From Promethearchaeota archaeon (GTDB taxonomy: Archaea; Asgardarchaeota; Lokiarchaeia; Sigyniarchaeales; SOKP01): a DNA stretch of 14,571 nt. Within the stretch, counting starts at the first letter, position 1; every line of letters begins with the position of its first letter. The stretch spans positions 1 through 14,571 of the forward strand of contig JABXKD010000086.1 in assembly GCA_013375475.1 (NCBI GenBank). Reading direction: 5' to 3'. Positions 7,776-14,558 of this stretch are shown here, in pieces. The notes beneath the pieces were generated by a model. The model saw nothing but the letters and a program-made list of their open reading frames with translations, had not been told where the DNA came from and did not search any database. The position numbers and the translations under genes are program-made.

Positions 7776-8849
7776 TTAAAAATCTCTCATATACATAAAG
7801 TCGGAGAATTCATTAAAGAAGGATTTTTGATCTTTATTAAGATCTGGATAAATATCCTTAAGCGAGGCTTTTGCTTGGCTTATCAGGTTCTTAGAGAAGT
7901 GTTCCGCTATTATTATAGCATTAGTCTCAGTGAAAATTGTTTCTACAGTCTTTACATCGTTTTTATTTAATTCTTCTAAATGATAAATTTCGTTTAAAGT
8001 TTTTGACTGGTCTTCATCTGTATTTTGAACAGCAAATATGTATACAATTTTTTTCTTCCTAGCTTTAATATCGCTTTTTATATCAATTATATCATCTCGG
8101 ATCGCAAATGCTTGACCCATTAGGTTCATTGCTTTACTTAAGGGATTAATTTGGTAATGAAAATTGCCCTTAGCTAGGATGGCTCCAATTTTTGCAGATT
8201 TCTCAAGCAAACTAGCCCTTTGCATCTCTGCGATAGATAAATATTGCTCTAAAGTCATAGTAATATTATGATAATTCATATATTCTTCAATAATCTGCCC
8301 CTTCAGTAATTCATCCATTGCCGCAGTATATTCATTTATAGCTTGCAATTTTAAATTATCAGAAAATCTCGATGTTTTAAGTATATTTAATCCCAAAAGA
8401 TATCCCTGTGTCCCCCCTAGTATACTCATGTCTCTACCATACATTCTAATTAGTTCCTCTTTATTCGGAAGTTCTATATTATCATATACTTGATTTAATT
8501 CATTTTTGAGCTGCATATGAAAAGTGGGTTTACTTCTTCTCTTTAAATCAGCATCAATAAGATCATCATGAATTAAATGAGCATTATGTAAAAACTCCAC
8601 TGCTAAAGAGGTTTTCCTAATTTGACCTATTTGATTATCTACATTAATAGGATTTACTATCCCTGCAAATGCAGCAATTAATAGAATTGGATGAAGTCTC
8701 TTTGCTTTTTTATTCAGAGTAAACTCTTGAAGATGAGCAAAAAAATCCTTCAATAGAATCTCATTTTCTATGCTGTTCAAATAAGAGAAATATTCTTCTA
8801 ATTCGTTATCAATAGCTTCCTTCTCAGATTTCAGGAAATTTTCTATCAT
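7776..8849 (-). CDS. Trans-isoprenyl diphosphate synthase family protein (polyprenyl synthetase), divergent
   Basis: KRLHP, first Asp-rich motif HDDLID (D95-D99) followed by RR, GQ motif, and second Asp-rich motif RDDIID (D252-D256). Several other conserved positions are substituted. Confidence 0.88.
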   Translation of the reverse strand: MIENFLKSEKEAIDNELEEYFSYLNSIENEILLKDFFAHLQEFTLNKKAKRLHPILLIAAFAGIVNPINVDNQIGQIRKTSLAVEFLHNAHLIHDDLIDADLKRRSKPTFHMQLKNELNQVYDNIELPNKEELIRMYGRDMSILGGTQGYLLGLNILKTSRFSDNLKLQAINEYTAAMDELLKGQIIEEYMNYHNITMTLEQYLSIAEMQRASLLEKSAKIGAILAKGNFHYQINPLSKAMNLMGQAFAIRDDIIDIKSDIKARKKKIVYIFAVQNTDEDQSKTLNEIYHLEELNKNDVKTVETIFTETNAIIIAEHFSKNLISQAKASLKDIYPDLNKDQKSFFNEFSDFMYMRDF

Positions 8850-8991
8850 ATTTAATCAATACGTTTGTTCAACTAATTCCTATTTATATATAATTAAATG
8901 ATAATTTATTTATTTGTGTAAACAAGATTTTTATTATAATTCTTACAATATTTCTTAACCTATAAATAAAAAGAAATGAAGTGATTTAAAA

Positions 8992-9501
8992 ATTCTAATT
9001 GCTGTTTTCTCAGATACTCACGACCATCGTGATAATATATTAAAAGCAGTTTCTATAATAAACGAGAGAAATGTAGATGCCCTAATCCATTGCGGTGATT
9101 ATATTGCACCATTCGTCAAATTATGGTTCAATAAACTCAACGAGTCGATAAAAAAGCAATTTTTCGGCGTTTTTGGTAACAACGACGGAGAAATTCTATA
9201 CCTCACGCAAACCTTGGGTCAAATTTGTGATTTTGCAAAAAATGACCATGAATTATTAATTGAATTAGGAGGAAAGCGAATTTTCGCTTCACATATGCCT
9301 AAACAAGAAACCATTGATGCATTAGCAGATTCTGGAAAGTTTGATATTATATTATCTGGTCATACGCATACTATGGTAAACAAAAAACATAATGATGTGT
9401 TAATTGTGAACCCCGGCGAACTCTGTGGATATCTTACTAATAAACCCACATTTGCGATTATTAACACTGAAACTATGAACGCTGAAATTGTTGAAATTTA
9501 A
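8992..9501 (+). CDS. Calcineurin-like metallophosphoesterase, YfcE/MJ0936/Vps29 family; start extended upstream of the ORF-track call
   Basis: Frame +1 is open from 8980. It encodes (M)LIAVFSDTHD...IHCGD...GVFGNND...FASH...SGHTH...VNPGE, i.e. all five metal-binding motifs, in 169 aa. No in-frame ATG/GTG/TTG occurs before 9214, and the ATT at 8992 sits at the expected Met position. Confidence 0.88.
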   Translation: MLIAVFSDTHDHRDNILKAVSIINERNVDALIHCGDYIAPFVKLWFNKLNESIKKQFFGVFGNNDGEILYLTQTLGQICDFAKNDHELLIELGGKRIFASHMPKQETIDALADSGKFDIILSGHTHTMVNKKHNDVLIVNPGELCGYLTNKPTFAIINTETMNAEIVEI

Positions 9502-9532
9502 TTAGCTTTCAATTTATTCGTTTTCTTAATTT

Positions 9533-9540
9533 TTTTATAG
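9533..9540 (+). promoter_or_regulatory. Putative TATA box of a leaderless transcript for the CaiB/BaiF gene
   Basis: TTTTATAG lies 25-32 nt upstream of the ATG at 9565 and there is no SD. The same T-tract could also terminate the upstream gene. Confidence 0.35.
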
Positions 9541-9564
9541 TAGTAAGCTTTAATCTATATTATT

Positions 9565-10782
9565 ATGAGTTTACCTTTAGAAGGTATCGTAGTTATAGAT
9601 TTGGCGAGAATGTTACCAGGTCCATATGCCTCAATGATATTGGCAGATCTCGGTGCAGAAGTTATAAGAGTTGAGGATCCCAAGTATCCATATGCAAGTC
9701 CTCCCCCGTTTTTTCAGAAAGGTAGGCATCGTGAAAGCGCATTTAATTCAATTATAATGAGGAATAAAAGATCTATCTCTCTTGATTTAAAAAAAGAACC
9801 AGCTTTAGAAATATTCTATAAATTAGTAGAAAAAGCAGATGTTATATTAGAAACTTTTAGACCAAAAATTACAAATAAATTAAAAATTGATTATGATACT
9901 CTATTTAAAATCAATAAATCCATAATTTATTGTTCTTTAACGGGATATGGACAATATGGGCCTTACGAACAATCAGCAGGTCATGATTTAAATTACATTG
10001 GAATATGTGGAATATTAGATTTAAATAGAGAAAGAGAAAGAGAAGAGAAAAAAGATTTAGAAAGGAAACCTATTCTCCCTGGTGTGCAAGCTGCAGATAT
10101 AGGCGGAGGTTTAGTATCAACTATTGGAATTCTTGGGGCATTATTTGAAAGAGAGAATAATCCCAATAAAGAGGGGCAATACATAGATGTCTCGATGACA
10201 GATTGTGTTTTTTCCTTCATGCCGATGGCAGCTGCGTTTCAGTTTTCTAGAGGAAAATACGATGGAATTACTAAACCAAGAAATCCTCTGCACGGAGAAG
10301 TTCCTTTTTATTCAGTTTATAAAACTAAAGATAATAAATACTTGTCTATAGGTGCGATCGAAGTAAAATTTTGGCAAGGTCTTTGCGAGGGTCTTGACAG
10401 AAAGGATTTAATAACCAAAGGAAACGCACTAGGATCAGAAAAAGAACAAGTATTTCAAGAAGTTCAAAATGAATTTTTAAAGAAAACTCAAGACGAGTGG
10501 ATGGAAATTTTTAGCAATATCGATGCATGTGTAATGCCTGTTAAAAATTTTAACGAGGCTTGCAATGACCCACAAATTAAAGCCCGGAATATGATTCTTG
10601 AATTAGATCATCCAAGATTTGGAAAAATTCTAAATATTGGTTCCCCTATTAAATATTCTAGAACACCATTAACAATCAGGAGCTTAGCACCTAAATCTGG
10701 TCAGCACACGAAAGAAATCCTAAAGGAGCTTAACTATACGGATGAGGATATTAATAATTTCAAAAAAGCGGGAATATTTTAA
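9565..10782 (+). CDS. CaiB/BaiF family III CoA-transferase / alpha-methylacyl-CoA racemase-like protein
   Basis: Motifs PLEGIVVIDL, LPGPYASMILADLGAEVIRVE, RNKRSISLDLK, ADVILETFRP, CSLTGYGQYGP, GHDLNY, AADIGGG, GQYIDVSM and YKTKD. Confidence 0.93.
   Translation: MSLPLEGIVVIDLARMLPGPYASMILADLGAEVIRVEDPKYPYASPPPFFQKGRHRESAFNSIIMRNKRSISLDLKKEPALEIFYKLVEKADVILETFRPKITNKLKIDYDTLFKINKSIIYCSLTGYGQYGPYEQSAGHDLNYIGICGILDLNREREREEKKDLERKPILPGVQAADIGGGLVSTIGILGALFERENNPNKEGQYIDVSMTDCVFSFMPMAAAFQFSRGKYDGITKPRNPLHGEVPFYSVYKTKDNKYLSIGAIEVKFWQGLCEGLDRKDLITKGNALGSEKEQVFQEVQNEFLKKTQDEWMEIFSNIDACVMPVKNFNEACNDPQIKARNMILELDHPRFGKILNIGSPIKYSRTPLTIRSLAPKSGQHTKEILKELNYTDEDINNFKKAGIF
10027..10044 (+). repeat. (AGAGAA)x3 in-frame microrepeat encoding RERERE
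   Basis: Three exact hexamer copies inside the CaiB/BaiF CDS, within a purine-only tract. Confidence 0.5.
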
Positions 10783-10807
10783 AAGTCAAGTTAATTACTT
10801 TTCAAGA

Positions 10808-11338
10808 ATGACAAATGAAATAGATTCTTTAAAGAATATACTGAAACAGAATAATAAGGATATTGATATTTGGATTAAGTTAGGATATGCCTACATTCAA
10901 AATTTGGAGTACATTAAAGCTATTGGTGCTTATAATGAAGCACTGAAATTGAATCCTGAAGATGCAATAAATTGGCATAACCTTGGATATGTTTATTACG
11001 AAATTGAAGCCTATGATAAAGCTATTATCGCATTAAATGAAGCTATTAAAATTAATCCAAAATTAGCAATATCTTGGAGAGAATTAAGTTCGATTTATAA
11101 TGATATAGAAAACTTTGAAAAAGCTATAGAGACTAGTAAAAAAGCTTTAGAAATTAACGATAGAGATGAATGTATTTGGACAAATTTAGGTTCTGCTTAT
11201 TATAATACTAAGCAATATGATAAAGCAATAACCTCTCTAAAGAAGGCTCTAGAAATTGTTCCTAATTTAAAATTTACAGAAAAAGTCCTTAAATTAGCAG
11301 AAAATGCTAAAAAAGCTAAATTTGGATCTAAATTTTGA
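10808..11338 (+). CDS. Tetratricopeptide-repeat protein (4 canonical TPRs)
   Basis: Four consecutive 34-aa repeats of the type W-x-x-LG-x-x-Y...A...A(L/I)-x-x-x-P. The ATG at 10808 (MTNEID) is preferred over 10742, which overlaps the upstream gene by 41 nt. Confidence 0.9.
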   Translation: MTNEIDSLKNILKQNNKDIDIWIKLGYAYIQNLEYIKAIGAYNEALKLNPEDAINWHNLGYVYYEIEAYDKAIIALNEAIKINPKLAISWRELSSIYNDIENFEKAIETSKKALEINDRDECIWTNLGSAYYNTKQYDKAITSLKKALEIVPNLKFTEKVLKLAENAKKAKFGSKF

Positions 11339-11437
11339 ATTATCATTTTAATTAATCCATAATTTTATTTAAGAACACTATTATATTATTTTAAAGATTA
11401 TACTAAATACAGATAAAGAGCTTAAGATATCATTAAT

Positions 11438-12973
11438 ATGACAGAGGAATTTGAAAGAAAAAACCCTGATAAAGATGAAAGTTCCCAAGATTCTATATCA
11501 GATGGTGAAAAAGAATCAACAAGAAACAACAAACCCGTAATCATTAATGCTGAAGCTTACAAGAAGATTATTTTATACGCTAGCAGATATGCTAATCATT
11601 CCATTCCATCAAAAGATTGGAAAGAGATTTATGGTATTTTAACGGGGTATTCTGACGATGATTTTGTATTTGTCAAAAATGCTTATCCATTAACCTTCGG
11701 TCATGATACAGATGTACAATTAGATGAACGACACTATGTGTTTATATCTGAAATAGAAAATAAATTATATGGAGAGGGAGAGGGGCATTTTATGGTAGGA
11801 TGGTTTCATTCACATCCAGGATTGACACTTTTCTTTTCAGATATTGATATTACTAACCAATTATGGTTCCAACAAAACAATCCTGATTTTTGTGGTTTAG
11901 TTTTTGATCATACAATTCTTGGAAAAAAAAGAGAAGAAAAGATTGAAGATAATATTCTTACCAAATATGACACCGGATTTGAAATATATAGGCTAATCGA
12001 TGTCACTATAGATCCAAGTTCTGCTGAGTATGAAAATAATTACCATAAAATCGATTATATTGTTGAAGGATTAAATAAATTCTTTTTTGCAAATGTTCTT
12101 GCTGAGTTATCTTCTTTGGCTTCGGCAGGAAAACCACTTCAGAAGGCTTTTATGGAACAATCCAAACTTGAATCGGATTATAAAGATATCGATGATATTT
12201 TAGATGATTCGAATATCGAATTATCACAAGAAAATCTTGTAGACATCCCCTTATCAGAAGATATAAAATTCAACGTAGATGATATTTTTTACGAGACAAT
12301 TATTGATAGCGATAAAATAAAAGAAACCGCTGAACAGATAATTTACGAAGGGAATCAAGCTTTTAAAAAAAAAGACACTTTTACGGGTATAGAAAGATAT
12401 CGTCAAGGGATTGAAAAATATAAAGAAATCAATGATATGGATCGTGTAATGGATTTACTAAGAAAAGTTTCAAGAACCTGTGTAGTCAACAATCATCTAG
12501 TGATTGCTAAAGAATTTGCAGATGAATTATTTAAAGTCGCAGATTTTAACAATCAAATCTTTTATAAAGGCATTGCAAATCATATAATCGGCAATATTAT
12601 CGTAAGAAAAGGAGATTTAGATGCGTTAGAAACTGGTTTAAAAAAGATCGAAGAGGCAGCCGTAGAATTTATAAAAGTTAAAGATTTCGCGGGTGCTGGA
12701 ATGGCTTTTAGTAAAATTGGATTTAATTATGAAAAAAAAATTAAAAACATTGGAACCGCTTGCCTTTTTTATAGGGAAGCTATAGAAAATTATAATAACG
12801 GCTTAATTTCTAGTTATCCGTTGAGAATAACTCCATGGAGTAAACCAGAAGTTCTTGTTGAAAAAATAACCGAATTGAGAGAGACCATTGATGTTCTGCT
12901 CCCAGATATAGAAAGCTCTGAGATAAAAAAGAAGGTTGTTAATGATCTGAAATCGATTCGTTATAATTTTTAA
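11438..12973 (+). CDS. JAMM/MPN+ metallo-isopeptidase (Rpn11/CSN5-like) fused via an acidic linker to a TPR/SNAP-like helical solenoid
   Basis: E63 (KEIYGILTG) and VGWF-H124-S-H126-PGLTLFF-S134-DI-D137 give a complete E..HxHx7Sx2D motif, followed by Q..FQ and GLVFD. Residues ~245-295 are acidic. The C-terminal ~200 aa show A/G/Y-patterned helical repeats. Confidence 0.9.
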   Translation: MTEEFERKNPDKDESSQDSISDGEKESTRNNKPVIINAEAYKKIILYASRYANHSIPSKDWKEIYGILTGYSDDDFVFVKNAYPLTFGHDTDVQLDERHYVFISEIENKLYGEGEGHFMVGWFHSHPGLTLFFSDIDITNQLWFQQNNPDFCGLVFDHTILGKKREEKIEDNILTKYDTGFEIYRLIDVTIDPSSAEYENNYHKIDYIVEGLNKFFFANVLAELSSLASAGKPLQKAFMEQSKLESDYKDIDDILDDSNIELSQENLVDIPLSEDIKFNVDDIFYETIIDSDKIKETAEQIIYEGNQAFKKKDTFTGIERYRQGIEKYKEINDMDRVMDLLRKVSRTCVVNNHLVIAKEFADELFKVADFNNQIFYKGIANHIIGNIIVRKGDLDALETGLKKIEEAAVEFIKVKDFAGAGMAFSKIGFNYEKKIKNIGTACLFYREAIENYNNGLISSYPLRITPWSKPEVLVEKITELRETIDVLLPDIESSEIKKKVVNDLKSIRYNF

Positions 12974-13069
12974 TTAAAATTGAATATATTATTCATATTT
13001 TAGAAGAGAACAATCAAAAAAATTAAATTTTAGGATATATTTATTTTATTACATACTTCTTTTGGTTGG

Positions 13070-13759
13070 TTGACTATTCCACGTAAAAAACAAAAAATAA
13101 AATTTTCTCGTAAATTTGCTTGCAAACATCTCACTTCTATGGGAGATATCGCAAATAGTTTACAACCATTATGCTATTGTCCAGAAAGAGATTTAATTCT
13201 TGGTAAAAAAGCTTATGTTTGTCAAGTTTGCACACTTTATGTACAAGCCACTCATAAAGTTTCAGATGTTTATGAAGAGAGTAGAAAAGGTGCAGAGAAA
13301 AAAATTAAAGAGAAAAAAATTGAATTAGAAGCATTTGAACTAGATGAACTTAAAGGTGACAACGATCTCGACTTAACAATAGATGAATTCGAAGAAGAGG
13401 AAGAAGAAGAAATTCCTTTGAAATTTGAAAAAAGAAAATTAGTAAAAGATGAAATAGAAGATGCTGAGGAATTTACTGAGGTTGAATGCCCATTTTGTGG
13501 AGAATTATTTGATGATCTTAGGACACACCTGCAAACCTGTGAATTTGCTCCAGATGATGCGAGCATAGACGATATAATGCCTAGCAGAAAGAAAAAGAAA
13601 AAAGCAGCACCAAAACCAGCATCAGGAAAGGACACTAAAGAAAAACAAGCATGTCCTTATTGCGGAAAAGAATTCGTTCGATTAGGGCGTCATTTATCAT
13701 CTTGTCCTAAAAAACCCGAAGATGATGATGAAAAGGAAGACGAGGAAGACACTGACTAA
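13070..13759 (+). CDS. Zinc-finger protein: N-terminal Cys/His cluster, acidic tract, two C2HC fingers, poly-Lys linker and acidic tail
   Basis: CPFCGELFDDLRTHLQTC (C140-C157) and CPYCGKEFVRLGRHLSSC (C195-C212) are both C-x2-C-x9-H-x3-C. The N-terminus has CKH...CYC...CQVC. TTG start preceded by GGTTGG. Confidence 0.8.
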   Translation: MTIPRKKQKIKFSRKFACKHLTSMGDIANSLQPLCYCPERDLILGKKAYVCQVCTLYVQATHKVSDVYEESRKGAEKKIKEKKIELEAFELDELKGDNDLDLTIDEFEEEEEEEIPLKFEKRKLVKDEIEDAEEFTEVECPFCGELFDDLRTHLQTCEFAPDDASIDDIMPSRKKKKKAAPKPASGKDTKEKQACPYCGKEFVRLGRHLSSCPKKPEDDDEKEDEEDTD

Positions 13760-13764
13760 GATTT

Positions 13765-14505
13765 TTATTGGTTAAATATCACTTCGTTATTATATTTTAC
13801 ATATTTTTTTATTGGGCTTTTTTGTCTGTTCATAAATAAATGAATTATGTCTTCAAGCCTTTCGGGAGCTATTGCTAGTTTTTCAGATATCTCTCGTAAT
13901 GATAATTTATCGAAATTTTCAGACATGAATTTAAATTGAATAAAAAGTAGATTCTTGTAAACAGATGAAAGTAAATCTTTCAAATTTGGGTAGTTTTCAA
14001 CTTTAAATTCCTTAACAAATTTAAGAATTTGTACCGAAGCATCGTTATAGTTAAGAACTTTATATGAACTAATTATAGTATATAATTTCTTAATTAAAGT
14101 AAAATATGTAATAATATTTTCTTGTAAATCGTGAAGATTATACTTGTTTAGATTGTCATCTACATCATTTTTTAGCATTGCTAATAACTTTAGAAAATCT
14201 TCCAAATTAGTTTCAGAAAGTGTTTCCTTCAAGAGGTTATTATATCGCCTTATATAAATATCACGATGGCTATTAAACTCAGTAAGCACTTTTTGCCGTA
14301 TTTCACTAAAATCGATTAACTCGGTTTTTAAATCGAAATGTGATTGAAATTCATCAATCAAGGTTAGAGCGGAATCGATTTTTGCTAAAGCAGATTTAAA
14401 ATCTTCAATATCTATTTTTTTTAAAGCAAATGATTGATAGATACGTAAATCTTTAAGTAACTCTTTTTTCTGCCTGTATACTACGAAATTATTATTAAAG
14501 GTCAT
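13765..14505 (-). CDS. Helical-repeat protein with C-terminal PCI-like winged helix
   Basis: All-alpha N-terminal ~190 aa, then ENFDKLSLREISEKLAIAPERLEDIIHLFM...PIKKYVKYNNEVIF, matching the PCI pattern (Y/F)-x-x-(I/L)-S-L-x-x-I-S-x-x-L plus helix plus beta hairpin. The CDS is secure; the PCI call is tentative. Confidence 0.65.
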   Translation of the reverse strand: MTFNNNFVVYRQKKELLKDLRIYQSFALKKIDIEDFKSALAKIDSALTLIDEFQSHFDLKTELIDFSEIRQKVLTEFNSHRDIYIRRYNNLLKETLSETNLEDFLKLLAMLKNDVDDNLNKYNLHDLQENIITYFTLIKKLYTIISSYKVLNYNDASVQILKFVKEFKVENYPNLKDLLSSVYKNLLFIQFKFMSENFDKLSLREISEKLAIAPERLEDIIHLFMNRQKSPIKKYVKYNNEVIFNQ

Positions 14506-14521
14506 TTTTAATTAGGAAAAA

Positions 14522-14558
14522 TGGTTAACCAATACCTATAATAACATTGATGATCAAT
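14522..14558. promoter_or_regulatory. Two short palindromes upstream of the PCI-like gene
   Basis: TGGTTAACCA (14522-14531) and ATTGAT-G-ATCAAT (14546-14558) lie 17-53 nt upstream of the ATG at 14505. Confidence 0.3.

Noticed and set aside
9214-9501. 95 aa ORF as a complete gene, or as a pseudogene fragment
   Set aside because: It is the C-terminal part of an uninterrupted 169-codon frame with all catalytic motifs; there is no frameshift or internal stop.
8992-9501. Calling the phosphoesterase a true Vps29 (retromer) orthologue
   Set aside because: Same fold family, but the intact DxH/GD/GNND/H/GHTH set matches ordinary prokaryotic YfcE/MJ0936 enzymes; nothing Vps29-specific is visible.
9993-10220. 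75 aa minus-strand ORF
   Set aside because: Antisense shadow of the CaiB/BaiF gene.
10742-10807. N-terminal extension of the TPR protein from ATG 10742
   Set aside because: Overlaps the upstream CDS by 41 nt and adds no TPR-like sequence; ATG 10808 is more parsimonious.
11438-12973. JAB protein as part of a CBASS/Bil-type antiphage system
   Set aside because: No CD-NTase, E1/E2 or effector gene nearby, and the JAMM context resembles Rpn11/CSN5 rather than Cap3.
13270-13635. 121 aa minus-strand Ser/Phe-rich ORF
   Set aside because: Mirror of the Glu/Lys low-complexity tracts of the zinc-finger gene.
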